From Lingula anatina (lineage: Eukaryota; Animalia; Brachiopoda): a stretch of DNA of 64,000 bases. Shown piece after piece: positions 10,201 through 18,947 of the stretch. How positions within the stretch are numbered: the first letter of the stretch is position 1; each line of letters opens with the position of its first letter. The notes under the pieces were generated by a model. That model worked only from the letters and a program-made list of their open reading frames with translations. It was not told the DNA's origin and did no database searches. Both the position numbers and the translations under genes were made by a program. Location: contig CM120640.1 of NCBI GenBank assembly GCA_051362555.1, forward strand, positions 41,332,788 to 41,396,787, in the 5' to 3' direction.

Positions 10201-13200
10201 GGTTTGGCTGGAACACTCACCTTTCTGAGTGGGATGTATTCTGTCAGTATAGATATAAGACAGAATCATGTCAAAAGCCTTGGCCTCTGCTTCAGGGAGA
10301 TGCACTTCCAGTTTCTTGCTAGAGTTTTTGGAGTTCATTTCTTCGGCATTAGCTGTGGCAATTTGCTGGTTTAATGAGTTGAAAGTCTGTCAAAACTTTG
10401 TCACATGTTAATTATTAAAATATTTCTTCAAACTGTACTATTGCTGTAGAAGTAGAACAACACCAAATTGCCAGTAAAAAATTGTAATTGTAAAGTGCTT
10501 TAGCTGCTTCATGTTCCAGACCAAGTCTGCATATGACACCCTGAGCTTCAGAGATAACTTGACACTAACCTCTTCACAATAGCCTATCTTCATCGTGTCA
10601 AGTTACCTCTGACAAAAATAGTTTGACCTAGTTAATATAAGCCAATCGAATCCAAGTTTCAAAATTTTTCACCAAAGTTTGGTGAAAACGCTGATTGGTT
10701 GACCGTCAATCGGCAATCCTCGGCTGCTTCCGCAAGCTCCATACTAACAACAAAGTTATTGTCGAGTGCGGAGACATCCGAGTAGTTCCGAGTGCATAAC
10801 CGCAGTGTATGAAATTCAAGGAAATTACTAGCCAGACCGCCAGGCAGGTAACTCTGAAAAGTTACCAGCCCGGCCATGTAGTTACCTGCCCTAGTTATAA
10901 TAACCCCTAGAGTTAAGAGTGGTATGCTGAGGGGGTATAGAATGCATTCTTGGGAGAGTAATTTGGAAATGAAAGGGCAATATCATGCCTTATGCATGGA
11001 AATTTAGAAATTGGTTGGATTTTCTACCGAATGATACCTTGTCAGTGTTGGATTTAGAGGGGGGTCAGGGGGGTGCTGACGCCCCCCTTTTAATTTCTGC
11101 AAAAAAAAAAAACTCACCTCTTGAAATAAGACTTTCACTAGTTGAATCATAGTTCCAAACCATACCAAATGGCACCATTCACCATCTAAAATACCAAAAA
11201 TTTTCAGGGCCCTTTAGCGGGCGGGGGAGGGCGGGGGGGTAGTCAATTCAGTTTATGTTCACCTTGCAGGCTGTCTCATTTCTTCTTCAATAATTCATTT
11301 ATAACTATTATTCCGATTTCATGATATCATTTGATCATAATTTTTGCTTTTCTGTGTAGCAACAAGTATGACCAAATATATATATATTGTTGTCAAATAA
11401 ATCGATCTCTGTGCTGACAATAAAGAAGAAAGAATTCAGCATGAGGGTCCCTTTGAATATCGATTTTAAGCTTCAAAAAGCGGTCGGGAACGGTCCTGCA
11501 CGCTAATAGAATTTTCATTTATAACTATTATTCCGATTTCATGATATCATTTGATCATAATTTTTGCTTTTCTGTGTAGCAACAAGTATGACCAAATATA
11601 TATATATTGTTGTCAAATAAATCGATCTCTGTGCTGACAATAAAGAAGAAAGAATTCAGCATGAGGGTCCCTTTGAATATCGATTTTAAGCTTCAAAAAG
11701 CGGTCGGGAACGGTCCTGCACGCTAATCGCCCTGAAGGCCCCGTATCTCGAAAGCATTGCTTATTGAGAATAGCTATATATATATATCACATAGAGGCTA
11801 CAATATATTATATGGGGCGAGTATGGGCGAGTTATTGGATCGAGATGCTTGCGCTCGGTCGCAATGCGTGATACTTTCGAGTTAGGCCTACGGTTTTACA
11901 AAAAATGTTGCCGCTCGACTATTTGCAAATTGAAGTCACCTTAATTTCCATGGGTCCCAATTTGTTCTGGTTCTGTCGTAATCTTTGTTATTTTTATTTC
12001 TTTCCTCAATTGTTTTTCTTTTGTGAACTTCACTATCGGACTTGATAGAATTTTTTTCATTTTTGACAGCCCAGGATGAAAGCACGTGGGAAAAGAACTA
12101 TATCTGACGCACGGCGTAAACTCGCACGTTCACTCATAATTTTGGGATTCAAATTTTTGTAAAATTCTCCTTTAATTTGCCTCCGTTGCCTTTATTACTG
12201 TTGATTATAAGCACTTCATGTACCTATAAGTCTATTTAATCAATATCGTAACTTTTTATACTTTCACATTTTTATTACTCTCAACCTACAAATTGCTACT
12301 CGCGGTATCTCCTTTACACAAAACAATGACGTAACGTTATCTGCTGTGCACTGAAGCTGGTTAAGAACAATGTGCCTCGTTTCAAATTGTCTTTCAACTT
12401 CATATCACACAGACGGAACTTCGAAAACGAGGCCACTGAGAGGGAGACTGTTGGTTACATTTCGATACGAGCGTTCGATTGCAAGCTATGGTTAGTTCTT
12501 TGCTTCTGTGAAAGTGGGTGAAAACAGTGAGTTTATTTTGCTGAAATCGCTTGTGAACATAGACAAAATAAAAGGTGAAAATAGGCTGTAAATTAGCCAG
12601 CCCGTCGGGCTGAAAGTTACCAGCCTCGGGCTGGCGGGCAGGCGGCCATTTCATACACTGATAACCGTACACGAGTGACTACGTAAAATAATGTGTTAAG
12701 TTATATCTTGATTTTTTGCAAAATATGAGTATATCGGAATTGAAACCAGAGCAGTTTGAGGCCCTTCATCATTATCTAATGAGGGATGATGTATTTTGCG
12801 TGCTGCCCACAGGTTACAGCAAGTCCCTGATATTCAGATTGGTCCGGATTTGAACAAAGCGCGCTTTGACTCGTTCGCGATCATTTGCTAGATTGTTCAA
12901 TGAGTCATTGAGTGCGGGCTTTAAATTTGATTGGCGGGCGGCGGGGGCAATCGAATGTGGTCATAGGTAACTTGACACGATGAAGATAGGCTATTGTGAA
13001 GAGGTTAGTGTCAAGTTATCTCTGAAGCTCAGGGTGGCATATGACTATCAAATAAACAATTTGGTTAATATACAATTACTTTAAAATTGGTTCTTTTGTC
13101 AAAGACACTAGGAACTAGTTTACATTATTGTCATTTTATATCTAGATTACCTGTTCTTTGGCTTGTTTGATTTTATTCCTCAGCCAGGAAGATCTGGCAG

Positions 13201-16200
13201 AAACCATGGATATATGAGCAGGAATACTGACATTGTTCTAGAAGTAAAATAAATAAAAATGTATAAATAAATATGAATATTGATGAACAAACCAAGTTAA
13301 ATTATACTTTTGTGAGCAATCTTTTATTTCTTTGTGATTTGTTACTATGAGTTTTGCCAAATTAAATCAGAATAATAGAGTGTTGCTAAACATGTACATG
13401 TATAAAACCCTATTCATCATCAATTTAAGAAAGCTTGTCTGAACTGCATATTGTACATTTTCAAATCATTTTTCAACAGAACATTCAAAGAAGCTCTACC
13501 TTTCCCAGCACAAAGTTGACATCACAGAACTGTTTGCTCTCCAGCAGCCTGCCATAGTCATCATGCACTGTACACTTGGGATAGCTGGAGAACTGGAACC
13601 TGTAGATCTCTCCACTCCTCACATTGTTGTCTACTGTCCCACCAAACACATACATGGCATCCCCCACCACAGCTGAGGCATGAAAAAGACGACCAGATGG
13701 TACCTGGGGAAAACAGGTTCAAAATTGATTAAAAAATAAACACACATACTGTTGTTGGGGTAACAATATAACAACAAATGGTGACACAATGGTATGTAGT
13801 CTACTGAATATATTTTGGGCACTGCAAACATGTTGTCTTGTACGAAGCACCATCCCTTTAAGGTAGAGCTTGTTTTCACTTTTTTCGTTTACATTAAATA
13901 ATACACCATACTCAAAGTTCCACTTTTCACAGCCTAGTTCTCATTTATGCAATACAGAAATCTATGATCCCTACCTGACTATCAACAGATGGCTCAATTA
14001 TAGACCAGTTTTCAGAGTCCAAATCAAAACTGAAATAATATAATAATATAAGTGGAAACAACTCTGCGTGAAATGTGAAAACATTCAATTCCATACATAA
14101 AAAAAATATTTACTGGGAGACAGTAATATCCAATTTTACCCCAGATACATATCCTCAAACATATCTCCCTACCCAAGATATATGATCTCCCATATTCCCT
14201 AGATTTAAGACTAGCTCACCAGTGTAGTTCATTGGGCAGTGTTTGTCCAGTAGCTCCTCCAAATACATATAGATGTCTGTCATATGCCACCATAGTGTGA
14301 CCATATCTCTTCTCTGGTGGAGGTGGCGCTCCTCTCAATATGTGTTCTGTAGAGATTCTGGTCCATCTAAAATAACAAGGATGAGGTTTTGTATATTTTC
14401 AACTATAGCCAAATAATGTCAATGATTGTCAGGATTGTTTTTCAGGAGCATGCCAGATCATCATATGGGAAACAGATCATATAAAGATTTAGACATTAAA
14501 CTAATTTTTAAAACCCCATTCTATTTCACCAAGGTGCACTCAAAGAGTATTAAAAATTATTCATATTATTCCATCATTTACATAAAAAAGCATTTCTTCT
14601 GAAATGTTTGTCTTTCGTAGAAGAAATTTCACCATAAAAAAAACTTACTGTTTTGAGTTGAAATTGAACTGGAAAAGGTTATTGGTGATCTTGGCTCCAC
14701 TCTGGCCTGAGAACACAAACATGCAGTCTCTGGCCACAGCCAGGGCAAAGTTACAGCAAGTAGGGGGAATGTCTCCAGACTGGTGCACCTGGATGGGAAA
14801 CAGAATTGTTTCAATAACCTGATTGATATAAAGTACAGAAATCCTCAAAAACATTTGGAAAGATTTTTGTGCTTTGTGTGCAGGTCGAAGATGGGGGTTT
14901 TATCAAAATGGCTTCATCACTGATCTACCTAAGTTATATCCATGTATTATCGTATTTTGCAGTTTCCCCACCCCACCTTCAACTGAGTGTTGAGCAGGCT
15001 AAGGTCAGTATTAATATACCCTGCCATTATGCCAGTAAATAAACATACATGTTAAAATAATTATCAACAGCTTTGAAATGTTCCAATATATCAGAAAGTC
15101 AAGTGTTGATCTCAAAGGGAAACGACTCTATCTATTTAAGCATATGGTGTGTGTGACTATTTATCTCTTCTAAGATCCCTTATACTTTGTTAGATATGAA
15201 GGAAAAACACCTAGAAACTTTGGTTCTCAGAAATGAACACATCATGCATGAATGCGAGATCCACCGTTTGTGTTTTTTGTTCTTGACATGTGCCACAGTA
15301 TAAGACAGAGGTGCCACTCATTCTTTGCCCCTGTGTGCATCTCATACACCCGACTGATGAGGTACTTATCAAAGGACCCTAAGAAAGAGCATGAATTTGA
15401 TTACAGTATTGTTAACACAGCATGTTACACTTAGACTGTACCTACCTCTTCCCACTGTCTGGAGTCTCCCAGTAAAGATATTGTCCACATATCGTTGAGC
15501 CTGGCATTGCCATCATAGCCAGCAAAAATCCACATCTTCCCATCATACACTGCAGCACCATGGGCAGCACGGGGTACTGGCATCCTACTAAAACATAATG
15601 CTTGTCACAGTGACAACATAATCAATATTCGACCCCCCTTCTTCATCCCTGTAATTATTAAGTTGCTAGCTGCTTTTATTTATGTATACACTGCACTGCT
15701 TTTTTCCCAGCAACATGACAAGGTTGTTTATTAGTAGCAAATGGAAGCAAGAAGACTAATGGGATTTTTGTCTTATTGTACAAATGTGCACAAAACACAT
15801 CAAAGAAATAATCATAGCTGTATCATTCAGAAAATATCAAAGAAAATAACCAAATATTTAAGATATAAACTGAAGTACATACATATAAATACTCATAAAT
15901 ACTACTCTCTTTACCTTCCTTCGAACTTCCATTCCACCCACTGCCCTGTAGCAAACTTGTACTCAAAGAGGTCATTCTTGTTGGTCAGGTTGGAGTTAGA
16001 ATGGATGTCACCAGTATAGCCACCTGCATATATTGAAAACAAAAAACATCAACATAAATCAAAATACAGTAACCTGTAGGTTATTTTTCTGATAATAAAT
16101 GTTCTGCTTGAGAGAAATAAATTCAAAGTGATTGTTTATGTCAATTAAGTTAAAATCCTAAATAATATGCAAGTCAAGAAAGTAACTGGACAATCAGTCT

Positions 16201-18057
16201 TTTTCCCAGGATTTCTTTTTCTTTATTAAAACATGGGGTACACATATATTAAACAGTGTAATGAAAATGGGCACACAAAATGGCTATGTTACAGAAATAT
16301 AACATTAAAGGGATAATAACTCTTTGTATGAGATCTATATTTCATAATAAAAACATTGTGAACAACTCATAGAAATATAATGTAATCTGTTTTACCACAA
16401 AAACAGCAGTTACTAGTATAGCTATAATTTTGATATCTGAGCTTGTCTTTAAATCACGTGACCTCCATTGATGGCCATACTCTGTTATAATCTCTTAAGA
16501 GATTTTAACAAAAAAACAAACTTTTTAGAAAAAAAACAGGGACTAACTTTGAATGTAAAAATGGATTTATTAACCATTGGTAAGTATGGGAAAATTGTTG
16601 TTTACTCCAGGAAAATTCATTTTTTGGCCAAAACGAAGAGTTATTATCCCTTTAAGTATAAGTTATTTTTAAAAAATTTATGCAGAGGAACACAAACAAA
16701 CAAACAAAAATAACAAATATATAAAAGGCAGTTGCCTAGAAATTGTGTTCTTACCAAAGACAAACATGCTCCCCTCATGCACCACTGCAGAATGGTGGTA
16801 CCTTGGTGCCGGTGGGGTACCGGTGGTAAATGCCCTAGAACAATTGAAAGATCATCATCATTTTGAGAAAGCAGTACATTCTGGCGACTCATTCTCTTTA
16901 AATGTTCCCATACTCCTTTCCCTCTCCTTCCCTTTCTCTCTCTGTATCTCTCTCATATTATATTTTAAGATACATTTTTGTCATAGGTAATTGGGTAGCT
17001 GACAGCTTAAGTAAAAGGATAAGTAAAAGATAAGGGCATATTATTTTCCAGAAGCTTGAAGAAAAAGAATCAAACTGAATACATAATGTGGAACATACCT
17101 TCCCCATGACTTGTCTTTCACATCAAACCTCAGGAAGTCATTTAGCATGTTCTTCCTGAAAATATAATACTACGATATGCATAAAAAATTTACTTCATAA
17201 CTTAAAACTATAAAGCCACTGTGTTAAGCCTGGCACCATGAAGTACATCTTTTAAGTTAAATGTATGATATATTCAGGCCCGTAGCCAGGGGGGGTTCGG
17301 GGGGTTCGAAAGAACCCCCCTTTTTGCTGGAAAAAGGTCCACTCTGGGTGAAATTTGACCTAGTTACATGAGGATTATATGGTAAAAGGTCCACTTTTTC
17401 AGAAAAAGAACCCCCCCTTTGAAATTGCTGGCTACGGGCCTGTATAATATGATACATGAGCATCGGACAAATTAAAATATCATTTCATATAAAACAGACA
17501 ACAAAGTACATTGCCTCCATCAGTTCATCTTGTAATGACACACATAAATTAACAAATCATTTTTGCATAACAGTAGTAGGGTATGTAAATTGGTTTTCAA
17601 GCAAGACAGACCAGTCATTTACCCATTATCTCCTCCAAACACATAGATAGCTTCTTTGTATGCCACAACTGTATGTTTACTCCTCCTGAAAAGCCAAACC
17701 ATTTACGATTTCAGAAATTACTATCAACAAAGTGGAAAGCTGCAAATAAATAAATAAATAAATATTTTCATACAGGAAAAAGTATTTTGTCAGTTTAAAA
17801 TGTCAATTCAGTTTGGACAGGTGTATAAACGTAATTCTTTAACTATTTAGTGTTGTTGATCTCTATAATTATGAAATTAACTGACAGGATATGGTGCCTT
17901 CGTCTACTAACCTAGCTCCAACAAACTCGTCACATTCCGGCATTCGCCTCCAACGATGTACCGTCTCAAATGGACCAAAATCAAGCGTCAAACATTCCGC
18001 ACTCTCCGTCCAGTTATGGTGATCAAAATCGACGCCTGGCGGTCTTGCTATAGCCAT
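7084..18057 (-). CDS. LZTR1: Leucine-zipper-like transcriptional regulator 1 (Kelch repeats plus two BTB-BACK domains; CUL3 adaptor for RAS/RIT1 family GTPases), 19 coding exons, 2346 nt, 781 aa
   Basis: Exon peptides match LZTR1 motifs ([110 protein letters not shown]); all introns GT-AG; exon lengths sum to a multiple of 3 with no internal stop. Confidence 0.97.
7479..7559 (-). CDS. LZTR1: LZTR1 exon 18 (BACK2)
   Basis: [27 protein letters not shown]. Confidence 0.92.
7751..7954 (-). CDS. LZTR1: LZTR1 exon 17 (BTB2)
   Basis: [68 protein letters not shown]. Confidence 0.94.
8305..8483 (-). CDS. LZTR1: LZTR1 exon 16 (BTB2)
   Basis: [59 protein letters not shown]. Confidence 0.93.
8817..8979 (-). 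CDS. LZTR1: LZTR1 exon 15
   Basis: [54 protein letters not shown]. Confidence 0.92.
9079..9316 (+). mobile_element. Non-autonomous Helentron-associated element (HINE/DINE-1-like) in LZTR1 intron 14
   Basis: 5' AACTAGA start, subterminal inverted repeat ACCTCCGCCAAGG ... CCTTGGCGGAGGT, ACAA/ACAG microsatellite and 3' hairpin ACCTCC-TTGGC-GGAGGT, the usual HINE layout. Confidence 0.7.
9433..9549 (-). CDS. LZTR1: LZTR1 exon 14 (BACK1)
   Basis: [39 protein letters not shown]. Confidence 0.92.
9900..9964 (-). CDS. LZTR1: LZTR1 exon 13
   Basis: [21 protein letters not shown]. Confidence 0.9.
10221..10386 (-). CDS. LZTR1: LZTR1 exon 12 (BTB1)
   Basis: TFNSLNQQ...[31 protein letters not shown](G). 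Confidence 0.88.
10803..12660. mobile_element. Nested non-autonomous hAT-like element, 1858 bp
   Basis: 13-bp TIR CAGTGTATGAAAT / ATTTCATACACTG; 7-bp TSD ATAACCG at 10796-10802 and 12661-12667; subterminal GTTACCAGCC/GCCC motifs at both ends. Confidence 0.8.
11294..11727. repeat. 214-bp tandem direct duplication (11294-11507 and 11514-11727)
   Basis: Two identical copies at offset 220, separated by AGAATT. Confidence 0.9.
12725..12853 (+). pseudogene. N-terminal fragment of a RecQ-type SF2 helicase (Q motif and Walker A)
   Basis: [42 protein letters not shown] matches the RecQ pattern LxPxQxxA...DxxxxxPTGxGKSLxY/F, with G-to-S in the P-loop and an early stop. Confidence 0.75.
13151..13237 (-). 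CDS. LZTR1: LZTR1 exon 11 (BTB1)
   Basis: [29 protein letters not shown]. Confidence 0.9.
13500..13703 (-). CDS. LZTR1: LZTR1 exon 10 (last Kelch, start of BTB1)
   Basis: [68 protein letters not shown]. Confidence 0.93.
13975..14029 (-). CDS. LZTR1: LZTR1 exon 9
   Basis: [18 protein letters not shown]. Confidence 0.9.
14220..14366 (-). CDS. LZTR1: LZTR1 exon 8 (Kelch)
   Basis: [48 protein letters not shown](C). Confidence 0.93.
14649..14788 (-). CDS. LZTR1: LZTR1 exon 7 (Kelch)
   Basis: [46 protein letters not shown](Q). Confidence 0.93.
15446..15584 (-). CDS. LZTR1: LZTR1 exon 6 (Kelch)
   Basis: [46 protein letters not shown]; TAGTAG acceptor, so the exon may begin at 15587. Confidence 0.9.
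15915..16023 (-). CDS. LZTR1: LZTR1 exon 5
   Basis: [35 protein letters not shown](R). Confidence 0.93.
16755..16834 (-). CDS. LZTR1: LZTR1 exon 4 (Kelch)
   Basis: [26 protein letters not shown](G). Confidence 0.93.
17099..17155 (-). CDS. LZTR1: LZTR1 exon 3
   Basis: [18 protein letters not shown](R). Confidence 0.93.
17275..17442. mobile_element. 168-bp MITE in LZTR1 intron 2
   Basis: Perfect 15-bp TIR CAGGCCCGTAGCCAG / CTGGCTACGGGCCTG; flanks TATATT and TATAAT (6-bp TSD, 1 mismatch); internal GAACCCCCC and AAAAGGTCCACT repeats. Confidence 0.85.
17623..17685 (-). CDS. LZTR1: LZTR1 exon 2 (Kelch)
   Basis: [20 protein letters not shown](G); AG/GT flanks. Confidence 0.93.
17912..18057 (-). 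CDS. LZTR1: LZTR1 coding exon 1
   Basis: [48 protein letters not shown](R); donor GTTAGT. Confidence 0.9.
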
Positions 18058-18230
18058 CCTTGAATAATAATGCTACTCCCTATATAAATTGAGATGTTTC
18101 AAAGTTTCCCCCCACTTTAATTCATAAAATGTTGGTTAAATTCGGTCTGAACTGCAAATTATCTTGCAGACCGCAACGAAAACATTCTTCACACCGCCAT
18201 GACAGCGCAGCGGATTGCAGGAGATCCTGT

Positions 18231-18243
18231 TCTCTGATTGGTA
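18231..18243 (-). promoter_or_regulatory. CCAAT (NF-Y) box of the putative LZTR1 promoter
   Basis: TACCAATCAGAG on the minus strand about 180 bp upstream of the ATG, next to a CpG-containing stretch. Confidence 0.45.
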
Positions 18244-18745
18244 GAAATTCATGTAATTATCTAACATAAATTTTTGTGATTACCTTTACGTTCTATATGA
18301 AAAAAAATACTGTGGGCGGATCTAAAATACTTTGTACCTGATATTTCAATTGTCTAAAATCCATGCTATTATCTAACATATTTTTATGATTGCCTTACGT
18401 TCTAAGTGAAATACATAGGCCCCCTACAGCAGGTGCATGGCTCTAATTTTAACTTATTTCATACTTGCTATCAAATTTTCTTTAACAATAGTTAGTAAAT
18501 TTTGAGAAATGACGGGAAATAAGAGGATCCAACTGTATAATTTCGTTTCCCGCATTTAATCCCGAGATGCGTGAAATGTTTATGCATTTGGAGCAACCCA
18601 TTTCCGTGTCTCATAACTGCTGCTTTTTATTCTCCCCCCTTCATGATTTCAAACTTTTCGACGCGCATCATCAGTTTTATATGAATAAAATTTTATTTAC
18701 TGTGATTTAATTGTGAATTGATGATTTTATTTCACGTGAGCTGTG

Positions 18746-18746
<1 letters not shown>

Positions 18747-18776
<30 letters not shown>
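18747..18776. repeat. poly(C) tract
   Basis: About 30 consecutive C. Confidence 0.9.
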
Positions 18777-18781
<5 letters not shown>

Positions 18782-18895
18782 AACCTTCAATTTAGGGTTT
18801 CAGGATTTATCTTCAATGTAAACATTACCTTAGAAATTGAAGGCACTGCCCATTGCATTGCAAGCACTATATGCGTGTGTGCATGCGCGAGCTTG

Positions 18896-18900
18896 TGTGT

Positions 18901-18934
<34 letters not shown>

Positions 18935-18947
18935 GAGAGAGAGAGAG
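18896..18947. repeat. (GA)n microsatellite
   Basis: Imperfect GA dinucleotide run. Confidence 0.9.

Larger units (their letters stand above)
10537..13036. mobile_element. Non-autonomous TIR DNA transposon, 2500 bp, AcademH-like, in LZTR1 intron 11
   Basis: Perfect 72-bp TIRs (10537-10608 and 12965-13036, CACCCTGAGCTTCAGAG...); TSD GCATATGA at 10529-10536 and 13037-13044; RecQ-like remnant inside. Element is clear, superfamily is inferred. Confidence 0.85.
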
